Source of the DNA: Candidatus Omnitrophota bacterium
GTDB lineage: Bacteria > Omnitrophota > Gorgyraeia > Tantalellales > Tantalellaceae
Assembly (NCBI GenBank): GCA_015231405.1
Contig: JADGBR010000001.1
Coordinates: 5,859 to 69,858 of the forward strand
DNA length: 64,000 nt
Direction: 5' to 3'
The notes under the pieces were generated by a model. It made no database searches and was not told the origin of the DNA. It worked only from the letters and a program-made list of their open reading frames with translations. Below are positions 42,852 to 51,547 of this stretch, in pieces (the first letter of the stretch is position 1; each line of letters starts with the position of its first letter). The translations under genes were made by a program, and so were the position numbers.

Positions 42852-42888
42852 AAGGACGTTTGTTAATAGCAAACGTCCTTTTTATTTG
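42852..42888 (+). terminator. rho-independent terminator of the ribosomal super-operon
   Basis: AAGGACGTTTG / CAAACGTCCTT 11-bp stem, 7-nt loop, followed by TTTTATTTG. Confidence 0.8.
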
Positions 42889-43009
42889 TGCGCCCGGCAG
42901 GGCGCACTTGATGCCGTAGAACGTTTGTGGCACTACATGCCACAAGACAGACGATGTTTTTGGGCCTTCGGATTGAATGTGCCGGGCATTTACGTTATAA
43001 TAACAAATT

Positions 43010-45625
43010 ATGACGATGGATAGCATAACTCCGATGATGCAGCAGTATCTGGAGATCAAGAAACTGCACTCTGATTCCGTCCTTTTCTTTAGGTTAGGGG
43101 ATTTTTACGAAATGTTCTTTGACGACGCAGTCCAGGCCAGCCGTATCCTGAATATCACGCTTACTTCCAGGGGCGTATCCGAAGGGAAGAAAGTTCCCAT
43201 GTGCGGCATCCCTTTTCACGCGGCGGATAATTACATCTCGCGTCTTATCAGGAACGGCGAGAAAGTCGCCATTTGCGAGCAGGTCGAAGAGCCGTCTAAA
43301 GGAAAGAAAATAGTCAAACGAGAAGTCATCAGGATAATCACTCCCGGGACTTTTATGGCCGACGGCGCCGTTCTTGATTCCCGGAATAATTATGTTCTGG
43401 CGTTATGCTCCCAGGATAACAGATTCGGGTTCGCGTATGCCGATATCTCAACAGGGGAATTTCGGGTTACTGAGATAGAGAAGCGGGAGGACCTTTTTTC
43501 GGAACTGTATAAGATATCGCCGTCTGAATATCTTGTGCCGGAAAGCTTTTCTAAGGATAAGATATTCGCGGAGATAAAAGGCGCCTGCTCCGTACCCGCT
43601 ACCGTGTTTGAGGACTGGATGTTCAGTTTTGACCTCGCCTATAAGGAAATAACCGGCCATTTTAAAGTAAAGGACCTCTCCGGATACGGCTGCTCCGGCC
43701 TTAAACTCGCCACGAGCGCTGCGGGAGCCCTCCTAAAATACCTCAAGAACACACAGAAGAGCGATCTAGGCAATCTTGACGTAATATCATCTTACAGCGT
43801 AAGCCAGTATATGACCATGGACTGGAACTCCCATAGGAACCTTGAACTGATCGTCAGTATGGAGGACATGAGCGAAAGGGGGACCCTCATCGAGGTCTTT
43901 TCCGGCACAAAAACCCCTATGGGGAAGAGGATGCTGAAAAAATGGATACTTAACCCTCTTCTATCTCTCGAAGATATCCTCACCCGGCAGGGATCGGTTA
44001 AATGTCTGTATAACGAAAGGGAAAAAAGGGGCCGTATCGGGGAGCTTTTAGAAGGAATACACGACATAGACAGGCTATCCAATAAGGTAAGCCTGGAGTC
44101 GGCGAACGGGAGGGACCTTGTCGCTCTTTCGGCGTCGTTGAAACACGTTCTTTCACTGAAAAAACTCGCCTGGAAGGGATTGGGGGATAAACTGGAAGAA
44201 CTCTTTACAGGGCTTGACGACCCTACAGATATTATATCACTGATAGACTCGGCCATAGAAGATGAGCCTCCGGTATCGGTCAGGGAGGGCGGGCTCATAA
44301 AAAAGGGATATAACGTCGAAGTTGATGAGCTTCGTGAGATAGTTAAGGGTGGAAAAGACTGGCTGACAAGACTTCAAAAAAAGGAGATAGAAAAGACGGG
44401 CATTAACTCGCTTAAAGTCGCGTACAACCAAGTCTTCGGGTATTACATTGAGATCACTAACGCGCACAAAGGTTCGGTACCACACGACTATGTGCGCAAA
44501 CAGACGCTTGTGAACGCTGAGCGGTATATTACGGAAGAGTTAAAGGAATACGAATCGAAGATACTCGGCGCGGAGGATAAGATAAAGGCGCTGGAATATG
44601 AGGTATTTCTCGGGGTTAGGGGTAAGATAGGGATACACATTGAGAGCCTTAAAATGACGTCGTATATAGTCGCAGAGATAGATGTCCTCGCGAATTTCGC
44701 CGAGGTCGCCCAAAATAATAATTACGTGCCGCCGACCGTTACCTCAGGCGCAGGACTTAACATCAGGGAGGGGAGACATCCCGTAATAGAAAGGTTGTTG
44801 AAAGGCAAGGATTTCGTCCCTAACGACATAAGGATGGGAGGAGAGGACGGTAATATTTTCATAATAACGGGATCGAACATGGCCGGTAAATCCACGTATA
44901 TCAGGCAGGTCGCTCTTCTAGCCATCATGGCGCAGATGGGCAGTTTTGTTCCTGCCAAAGAGGCCGAGATCGGTATAGTCGACAGGGTATTCACGAGAGT
45001 CGGGGCATCGGACCGACTTTACAGAGGAATGAGCACTTTTATGGTCGAGATGCTTGAGACGGCCAATATCCTAAATAACGCGACTTCCCGGAGCCTCATA
45101 ATCCTTGACGAGATAGGGAGGGGGACGTCGACATATGACGGTGTTTCTATAGCCTGGGCTGTGGTCGAGTACCTGTACAGCAGGCTTAAAGGTTCGAAAA
45201 CGCTGTTTGCCACCCATTTTCATGAGCTCACGGAACTGTCGCATATGATGCCCGGGATAAGGAATTATCATCTTGCCATAAAAGAGTGGAAGGACGAGGT
45301 AATATTCCTTTACAAGGTTACCGAAGGCAGCTGCGACGAAAGTTTCGGCATCCATGTAGCTAAATTGGCAGGAATGCCTTCGGGTGTTGTGTCACGGGCC
45401 AGGGAGATACTGGGGAATCTTCAGAAAGACTCCCTTTCGGGGAACATGCTTCATAGATTCTCTCATGATGATATACGCAAAGAGAAGCAGCTAGACCTAT
45501 TTGAGGCCATTCCGGCTGTTAGCGCGGTCGAAATGAAAATAAAAAAGCTTGATATAGATAACCTTACTCCGGTCGAGGCGCTGCGTAAGCTGGCGGAATT
45601 GAAAGAGGAATTGGAGGGGGGGTAG
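43010..45625 (+). CDS. mutS: DNA mismatch repair protein MutS
   Basis: 871 aa; Walker A GSNMAGKST; mismatch-binding N-terminus. Confidence 0.95.
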   Translation: MTMDSITPMMQQYLEIKKLHSDSVLFFRLGDFYEMFFDDAVQASRILNITLTSRGVSEGKKVPMCGIPFHAADNYISRLIRNGEKVAICEQVEEPSKGKKIVKREVIRIITPGTFMADGAVLDSRNNYVLALCSQDNRFGFAYADISTGEFRVTEIEKREDLFSELYKISPSEYLVPESFSKDKIFAEIKGACSVPATVFEDWMFSFDLAYKEITGHFKVKDLSGYGCSGLKLATSAAGALLKYLKNTQKSDLGNLDVISSYSVSQYMTMDWNSHRNLELIVSMEDMSERGTLIEVFSGTKTPMGKRMLKKWILNPLLSLEDILTRQGSVKCLYNEREKRGRIGELLEGIHDIDRLSNKVSLESANGRDLVALSASLKHVLSLKKLAWKGLGDKLEELFTGLDDPTDIISLIDSAIEDEPPVSVREGGLIKKGYNVEVDELREIVKGGKDWLTRLQKKEIEKTGINSLKVAYNQVFGYYIEITNAHKGSVPHDYVRKQTLVNAERYITEELKEYESKILGAEDKIKALEYEVFLGVRGKIGIHIESLKMTSYIVAEIDVLANFAEVAQNNNYVPPTVTSGAGLNIREGRHPVIERLLKGKDFVPNDIRMGGEDGNIFIITGSNMAGKSTYIRQVALLAIMAQMGSFVPAKEAEIGIVDRVFTRVGASDRLYRGMSTFMVEMLETANILNNATSRSLIILDEIGRGTSTYDGVSIAWAVVEYLYSRLKGSKTLFATHFHELTELSHMMPGIRNYHLAIKEWKDEVIFLYKVTEGSCDESFGIHVAKLAGMPSGVVSRAREILGNLQKDSLSGNMLHRFSHDDIRKEKQLDLFEAIPAVSAVEMKIKKLDIDNLTPVEALRKLAELKEELEGG

Positions 45626-45642
45626 TTGTGGGGAAGACGTGT

Positions 45643-45670
45643 GTGGTTCGTTGATCGTGGTTCGTGGTTC
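45643..45670. repeat. degenerate heptamer tandem array (GTGGTTC GTTGATC GTGGTTC GTGGTTC)
   Basis: Read directly; inverted partner CGAACCACG at ~45705. Confidence 0.7.
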
Positions 45671-45750
45671 GGGAAGAAAATTGATCATACGTTATATTTG
45701 TTCAAACGAACCACGCATCACGATCCACGAATGTGACTAAGGAGTTGTCA

Positions 45751-47487
45751 ATGATTCGCAAGATACAAGTGCTGGCGGACGACGTTATAGCGAAGATCGC
45801 GGCGGGTGAGGTGGTGGAGAGGCCGGCTTCCGTGGTGAAGGAGCTCATCGAGAATTCACTGGATGCCGGCTCTGACAGCGTCGAAATAGATCTTAAGGAT
45901 GCCGGGTTCGCGCTTATAAGGGTCGCGGATAACGGGTCCGGTATGACGAGCGAAGAGGTGAAACTCGCGGTTAAGCGTCACGCGACAAGTAAGTTGAGCG
46001 CCATCCATGACCTGGAAACACTTTTAACATTCGGTTTTAGAGGAGAGGCTCTGTCGAGCATCTCCTCGGTTTCCAGATTCGAAATAACTACACGTAACGC
46101 CGATGGCGAGGCTGTTTACATGTATCTGGAGAATGGCCAGGTAAAGGAAGCTAGGCCCGCGGCGCGGGTTCCCGGAACGACAATTGAAGTCAAGGACCTT
46201 TTCTATAATGTCCCGGCGCGCAAAAAATTCATGAAAAAAGATTCGACCGAACTCGCGGCCGTTATCGATACCGTGGGGCGTTTCATTGTGGCGAATGACG
46301 GCGTGGAGATACGACTCAGGAACAACGGGCGGGAGATCTTCCACGCGCATAAGAACATGGGCATAAAGGCAAGGATATCTCTCGTCCTGGGAAGGGATGT
46401 CGCGGACGGGATGATAGAACTATTTTCCCTGACAGGGAAATACAGGGTGACTGGGTTCGTGAGCCGGCCATCCAGCACAAGGAAAGATAAACGGATGCAG
46501 ATGTTCTTTGTGAATAAACGTTATATAAGGAGCACTTTTATCAGCAATCTCCTTGATGAAGCGAACAGAAGTATGCTTGAAAGAGGCAGGTTCCCGGCGG
46601 GAGTGCTTTTTATCGAAGTCGATCCCTCAATGGTGGATGTCAATGTCCATCCTGCAAAGCTTCTTGTGAAATTCGAGGATGAGGATGAACTTAAGCGTTC
46701 GGTGATGTCTTCCGTAAGGTCAGCGTTCGACGAGGTCAAAAACAGAGAGAGAGGTTCTCACGGCCAGACATTATCCGAAGCCCTCGGATCGGCAGTACAA
46801 GCCCCAGGAGAGGAAAAACATGGGATATTCGCCGAAGGGATCGCTACACAGAGAGAGTTCGAATATGGCGCGGCCGATGAGATGATATCCGATAAAAAGC
46901 CTTTGGCGGATATCCCCCGTAAAACGTCCGATATCTATCAGATAGGTAAATGCTATATAGTGAGGGTTAAAGGGGACTCCGTTACCGTCACGGACCAGCA
47001 TGCGGCGCATGAGCGCGTTCTTTATGAGTATTTCAATAATAAAAAGAGGGAGACAGCCGGGGAGACTCAGAACCTTTTATTCCCTGTTAGTCTCGGGCTG
47101 TCTCCGTCCGAATCCATTTTAATGGGTAAAATGAAAGGAGCTTATAAGACCCTGGGGTTCGAGATAGATGAATTCGGGAGGAATTCGTTCGTGATAAGAA
47201 CCGCTCCTCAGGTCATTAAAGACCGGGACATAGAAAAAGTGGTCAGGGACATACTCTCGGATATTTCGGGGAATATTAAACCGGGGATGGACCCTGTCGA
47301 AGAAATGGTCAAATACGCGGCCTGCCGCGGCGCTATAAAGGAAGGCGACGCGCTTGACGAACACGAAATGGCTGATCTTTTGAGGCAGCTTTCGGAATGC
47401 GAACTCCCGTTCACATGCCCTCATGGGAGGCCGACTACGTTAGAGATAACGGTTGATGAGTTGGAGAAGCGGTTTAGACGGAAGTGA
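45751..47487 (+). CDS. mutL: DNA mismatch repair protein MutL
   Basis: GHKL ATPase N-terminus (IAAGEVVERPASVVKELIENSLDAG); AAGGAG RBS before ATG 45751 within ORF 45733..47487. Confidence 0.93.
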   Translation: MIRKIQVLADDVIAKIAAGEVVERPASVVKELIENSLDAGSDSVEIDLKDAGFALIRVADNGSGMTSEEVKLAVKRHATSKLSAIHDLETLLTFGFRGEALSSISSVSRFEITTRNADGEAVYMYLENGQVKEARPAARVPGTTIEVKDLFYNVPARKKFMKKDSTELAAVIDTVGRFIVANDGVEIRLRNNGREIFHAHKNMGIKARISLVLGRDVADGMIELFSLTGKYRVTGFVSRPSSTRKDKRMQMFFVNKRYIRSTFISNLLDEANRSMLERGRFPAGVLFIEVDPSMVDVNVHPAKLLVKFEDEDELKRSVMSSVRSAFDEVKNRERGSHGQTLSEALGSAVQAPGEEKHGIFAEGIATQREFEYGAADEMISDKKPLADIPRKTSDIYQIGKCYIVRVKGDSVTVTDQHAAHERVLYEYFNNKKRETAGETQNLLFPVSLGLSPSESILMGKMKGAYKTLGFEIDEFGRNSFVIRTAPQVIKDRDIEKVVRDILSDISGNIKPGMDPVEEMVKYAACRGAIKEGDALDEHEMADLLRQLSECELPFTCPHGRPTTLEITVDELEKRFRRK

Positions 47488-47490
47488 CTT

Positions 47491-47546
47491 GTGTGGTTCC
47501 CGCCTTCGCCAGGGCTTCGGCGGGCAGGCGTGATTCGTGTTTCGTC
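47491..47546. repeat. dispersed ~50-nt structured element, copy A (GTGGTTCCCGCCTTCGCCAGGGCTTCGGCGGGCAGGCG...)
   Basis: About 85 percent identical to 49144..49200; contains CCTGCC...GGCAGG inverted repeat. Confidence 0.7.
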
Positions 47547-47606
47547 TGGAAAGGTTGGATACGGTGCCGAATCACGAACCACGAACGGGTAATTGTTAAT
47601 GGTGTT

Positions 47607-48251
47607 ATGAGGATGGATAAAAAGAAAACGCAAAAGATATATAAGGTTTTAACGGAGAACTACTTCCATGAGGAGGCGTTCCTTGTGAATTCTAATCCTT
47701 TCCAGCTGCTTGTCGCTACGATACTTTCGGCGCAGTGTACGGATAAGAGGGTAAATATGGTGACTCGGGACCTGTTTAAGAAATACAGGACCGTCAAGGA
47801 TTACGCCTCGGCTGACCAAACAGCTTTTGAGAAAGATATAAGGTCTACGGGATTTTACAGGAATAAAGCTAAGAACATAATATCCGCGGCAAATATAATA
47901 ATAAAGCAATACGGCGGAAAGGTGCCGAATACGATGGATGAGTTGGTGACTTTGCCTGGAGTGGCCAGGAAAACGGCTAATATCGTGCTTTTTCACGGTT
48001 ACGGGAAGCGCGAAGGTATTGCCGTAGACACCCATGTCAAGAGAGTCTCTTACCGTCTTGGGATGACAGGCGAGACCGATCCTGTAAAGATAGAAAGGGA
48101 CCTTATGGCGCTGTTCAGCGAGGATAAATGGGGACGTTTGAACAATCTAATTATAGAGCACGGCCGTAAGATCTGCGACGCGCGTAAGCCATTGTGCACG
48201 GAGTGTGTTCTTGAGAAGTTATGCCCGAAGGCCGGAGTTGATGAAAAATAG
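47607..48251 (+). CDS. nth: endonuclease III
   Basis: HhH-GPD fold and C-terminal [4Fe-4S] cluster CDARKPLCTECVLEKLCP. The ORF-track N-terminus (47484..) is encoded by the repeat element, so the start is placed at MRMDKKK. Confidence 0.85.
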   Translation: MRMDKKKTQKIYKVLTENYFHEEAFLVNSNPFQLLVATILSAQCTDKRVNMVTRDLFKKYRTVKDYASADQTAFEKDIRSTGFYRNKAKNIISAANIIIKQYGGKVPNTMDELVTLPGVARKTANIVLFHGYGKREGIAVDTHVKRVSYRLGMTGETDPVKIERDLMALFSEDKWGRLNNLIIEHGRKICDARKPLCTECVLEKLCPKAGVDEK

Positions 48252-48285
48252 GTTAGGCGTGAGGGGAGAATTTGTTTAGGATACA

Positions 48286-48327
48286 GAATATTGAATTCAG
48301 AATCCAGGATCCAGAATACCGAATGAG
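48286..48327. repeat. degenerate heptamer tandem array (GAATATT GAATTCA GAATCCA GGATCCA GAATACC GAATGAG)
   Basis: Six 7-nt units immediately upstream of the SIMPL gene RBS. Confidence 0.7.
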
Positions 48328-48336
48328 GAGGGGGAG

Positions 48337-49131
48337 ATGAAGAAGTTACTTGCTTTGGTTTTTATTACGGGTGTTATCATTTGCTATCCGGGTCCTGCGT
48401 TTTCAGAGGGGGATGTTGACCCTCTCGCCAGGAACCTTGTTTTTGTGGAAGGGGAAGCTGAGGTGCTAGTGCCTGTAGATGGATTCAGCCTCACCATGGG
48501 TTTTGACGTCGATAGGGCCAGTTTCGGTGACGCAGGCGGTGCGTCGGATGAGATCGTTTTTCGGATGGAAAGAGAGATAAAAAGCCTCGGGCTCGAGAAC
48601 GTTGAGGTCATAAAGGGATGGGATATCGTAAGACAAAAAATGATAGCGTTCGGCGAAAAAGGCCGGAAAGTCTCAAATAAACTGGTTATAAGGGTTTATG
48701 ACTGCCCGCTGGAAAAACTTCACAGGATGATAGCTGACGCCATGGATAAATGCCTGGCGGTAGATAAATCAGTGATGATCGAGGAGATCAGCGTAATATT
48801 GAAAGATGAACTCGAGAACGAAAAAAAACAGGAAGCTTCCATAAAAGCCGTAGCCGCTATGGATAAAAATGCTTTACGAATAGCAGAGACCCTGGGAAAA
48901 AAGATCTCCGCCCCGAAAAGGATATTTTTCTCGAACGATAAACACGCGCTTCAAAGCAGGAACGATTTCATGGGGTATGGGGAAGACTACAAAGCAAGAC
49001 AGAATTATGAGGTAGAGGCGGAGCTATCAAGAAGCGTTGTCTCGATCCAGAAGAGTTTCAAAGTGAGGTCAGAGGTGGTAGACCATATTAAGATAAAGTC
49101 CAGGGTATCTGGGATATACGAGATCGAATAA
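48337..49131 (+). CDS. secreted SIMPL-domain (DUF541)-like protein
   Basis: Signal peptide; LVFVEGEAEVLVPVDGFSLTMGFDV resembles the SIMPL N-terminal pattern. Confidence 0.4.
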   Translation: MKKLLALVFITGVIICYPGPAFSEGDVDPLARNLVFVEGEAEVLVPVDGFSLTMGFDVDRASFGDAGGASDEIVFRMEREIKSLGLENVEVIKGWDIVRQKMIAFGEKGRKVSNKLVIRVYDCPLEKLHRMIADAMDKCLAVDKSVMIEEISVILKDELENEKKQEASIKAVAAMDKNALRIAETLGKKISAPKRIFFSNDKHALQSRNDFMGYGEDYKARQNYEVEAELSRSVVSIQKSFKVRSEVVDHIKIKSRVSGIYEIE

Positions 49132-49142
49132 GGAGGGTTTTC

Positions 49143-49976
49143 GTGGTTCGTGATCCGTGGTCCCTGCCTTCGCCAAGGCTACGGCGGGCAGGCGGGGTTC
49201 GTTATTTTCTGGTTGTTTGTCTGGCAGCTCTAGCGGGGCTGTGTTCCGGTTGCGCGAAAGAGGCGTCCAGCGAGAACAATGTCTATCTGGTCAGGTCGGT
49301 CGCGGACGGCGATACGATAGAGCTACAGGACGGCAGGAGAGTCCGGTATATAGGGATCGATACTCCTGAAACGAGGAATAAGGTCGGAGGGCAATGGGTA
49401 TACGATCCCGAAGAATACGCTGAAGACGCTAAAAAATTCAACGAGTCCCTTGTCGGCGGGAACAAGGTCAGGCTTGAATTTGATGCGGAGCGAAAAGATA
49501 AATACGGCCGGGATCTCGCGTTCGTTTACACCGACAACGGCCTTATGGCCAACGAGGAGCTGGTCAGGGAAGGATATTCGCTTGTGTATTATCTTTTGCC
49601 TAACAGAAAACATCTTGAAGGGTTCATGGAAGCCCAGAGGACTGCCATGGAAAATAAGGCCGGTTTGTGGAAAGGGATAAAAGTCATAACTCCGGACGAA
49701 GCGGGGAAATTATCCTGGGGATATTGCGTGGTCAGGGGCAGGGTGAATTACAGCGGAAGGGAAGGTAGAGGTTCTTTCACCATAGGGTTTGATGGAGAAA
49801 AAGAGAATTCATTAAAATGCATTATTCCCGCGAGGAATCTTCCATTGTTTAAAGAATTCGGAGTGGATCCCGCCATAGATTACACCGGAAAAAATGTCGA
49901 AATAACGGGAAAGGTAAAGAAAGGCGGAAGTCCTGTTTTAATGATCGTGCATCCTTATCAAATTAGGGTCCTCTGA
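49143..49976 (+). CDS. thermonuclease (SNase-like), exported
   Basis: SNase core RSVADGDTIEL...RYIGIDTPE...GRDLAFVY; hydrophobic N-terminus; the 5' end overlaps repeat element copy B so the true start is uncertain. Confidence 0.65.
   Translation: MVRDPWSLPSPRLRRAGGVRYFLVVCLAALAGLCSGCAKEASSENNVYLVRSVADGDTIELQDGRRVRYIGIDTPETRNKVGGQWVYDPEEYAEDAKKFNESLVGGNKVRLEFDAERKDKYGRDLAFVYTDNGLMANEELVREGYSLVYYLLPNRKHLEGFMEAQRTAMENKAGLWKGIKVITPDEAGKLSWGYCVVRGRVNYSGREGRGSFTIGFDGEKENSLKCIIPARNLPLFKEFGVDPAIDYTGKNVEITGKVKKGGSPVLMIVHPYQIRVL
49144..49200. repeat. dispersed ~50-nt structured element, copy B
   Basis: CGTGGTTCGTGATCCGTGGTCCCTGCCTTCGCCAAGGCTACGGCGGGCAGGCGGGGTTCG. Confidence 0.7.
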
Positions 49977-50191
49977 CTTATGGGGCTTTTCGCGGTTTGT
50001 CGCTGCCGGGTCCGTCCATTCCTTAAATACGCTTATAAAACCCGTTTTTGGTCCTGTTTTTCATGCTTGTAAATTAATAATTATTGTGATATTTTAGGTC
50101 TGTTTCATCATGGTGGCGGCCGCGTATATGTGACTTTATATTCCTATTATTAAATTGAAAACAAGCGTTCCCAAAGATCAAGGAAGGACTA

Positions 50192-51454
50192 ATGAGGCAG
50201 ACAATAGTAGAGAAAATTTTCTCCCAGCATTCGGGTAAAAGGGCGAAGGTCGGGGATATTATCATAGCGGATGTTGATTTCTGTTTCGGTCAGGATGGGA
50301 CCAGCGCTCTCATTATCGACAGCTTCCGGAAAATGGGCGTTGAAGCCGTCCACGACAGGAATAAATTCTGCATGGTCATAGATCATTCCTCGCCAAGCCC
50401 TAATATAGGTGTTTCCACTATACATTCCAAGATGAGGACTTTCGCGAGGGAGTTCGGGCTCAAGGTGTATGACGTGGGCTCGGGGGTATGCCATCAGATA
50501 GTCCCGGAGAACGGTTATGTCACTGCGGGAGATCTTATTATTGGAGCCGATTCCCATACGTGCACATACGGGGCCGTCAATGCTTTTTCGGCAGGTGTGG
50601 GGTCCACGGACCTGGCCATATCACTCGCCACTGGAAAGAACTGGTTCAAGGTGCCTGAGACCATTAAGGTCGTACTTAAAGGAAAACTTGGAAAAGGTGT
50701 TTACGCTAAGGACATAATACTCCACATCATAGGCGATATGACGGCCGGCGGTGCTAATTACAGGGCCATCGAATTCAGCGGTGAGGTCATCGACGAGCTC
50801 AGCGTAGAGTCGCGTTTTACGATCGCGAACATGGCCGTCGAGATGGGCGCTAAGTGCGGCATTATGGAAGCCGACCGGAAGACCATAGCCTGGGTAAAAA
50901 AACACTCAAGCCGCGACCCGAAACCCGTAGAGCCCGACGAGGACGCGAAATATATCGAGATAAGGGAATATGAACTTTCGATGCTCGCCCCGCAGGTCGC
51001 GAAACCTCATTCCGTGGATAATGTATCCAACATTGAAGACATTGGGAATACTCCGATAGACCAGGTTTACATAGGCACGTGCACGAACGGCAGGCTTGAA
51101 GACCTTGAGATAGCCGCTAAGATACTTAAGGGCAATAAGGTGGCTCCTTACCTGAGACTTATAGTGACTCCGGCTTCGAAATGGATATATCTGGACGCCA
51201 TGAAGAAAGGATATATTGACATATTCGTGGACGCTGGTGCGATAGTGAATAATCCGGGCTGCGGCCCTTGCGTGGGCACTCACCAGGGCGTACTCGCTGA
51301 CGGGGAGAACGCGTTATCCACGGCGAACAGGAATTTTAAGGGTCGCATGGGGAACCCGAACGCGAATATATACCTTGGAAGCCCGGCCGTCGCGGCCGCT
51401 ACAGCTATCGCCGGAAGAATAGCTGATCCGAGAGAATATAAACGGAAATTATAA
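50192..51454 (+). CDS. leuC: 3-isopropylmalate/(homo)aconitate dehydratase large subunit, short archaeal-type
   Basis: 420 aa, aconitase family with Fe-S cysteines (CTNGR, GCGPCVG). Confidence 0.85.
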   Translation: MRQTIVEKIFSQHSGKRAKVGDIIIADVDFCFGQDGTSALIIDSFRKMGVEAVHDRNKFCMVIDHSSPSPNIGVSTIHSKMRTFAREFGLKVYDVGSGVCHQIVPENGYVTAGDLIIGADSHTCTYGAVNAFSAGVGSTDLAISLATGKNWFKVPETIKVVLKGKLGKGVYAKDIILHIIGDMTAGGANYRAIEFSGEVIDELSVESRFTIANMAVEMGAKCGIMEADRKTIAWVKKHSSRDPKPVEPDEDAKYIEIREYELSMLAPQVAKPHSVDNVSNIEDIGNTPIDQVYIGTCTNGRLEDLEIAAKILKGNKVAPYLRLIVTPASKWIYLDAMKKGYIDIFVDAGAIVNNPGCGPCVGTHQGVLADGENALSTANRNFKGRMGNPNANIYLGSPAVAAATAIAGRIADPREYKRKL

Positions 51455-51458
51455 GTTT

Positions 51459-51535
51459 AGCTATCAGCTTTCAGCCTTCAGCTGTCAGCTTTAAGAAGAA
51501 ACATTAATGCTGAAAGCTGATAGCTGAAAGCTAAC
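51459..51535. repeat. eleven-unit heptamer array forming a 17-bp perfect inverted repeat (AGCTATCAGCTTTCAGC ... GCTGAAAGCTGATAGCT)
   Basis: AGCTATC AGCTTTC AGCCTTC AGCTGTC AGCTTTA AGAAGAA ACATTAA TGCTGAA AGCTGAT AGCTGAA AGCTAAC; lies between leuC and leuD. Confidence 0.75.
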
Positions 51536-51547
51536 AGGGAGGATAAA

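Noticed and set aside
49143-49260. Possible lipoprotein lipobox (LAGLCSGC) at the thermonuclease N-terminus
   Set aside because: Residues before the cysteines do not fit the [LVI][ASTVI][GAS]C rule, and the region overlaps the dispersed repeat element, so the N-terminus itself is uncertain.
50095-50125. T-box-like sequence GGTGGCGGCCGCG in the leuC leader
   Set aside because: Only a partial match to the T-box consensus (extra nucleotide), no downstream terminator/antiterminator pair or specifier loop could be identified; treated as chance.
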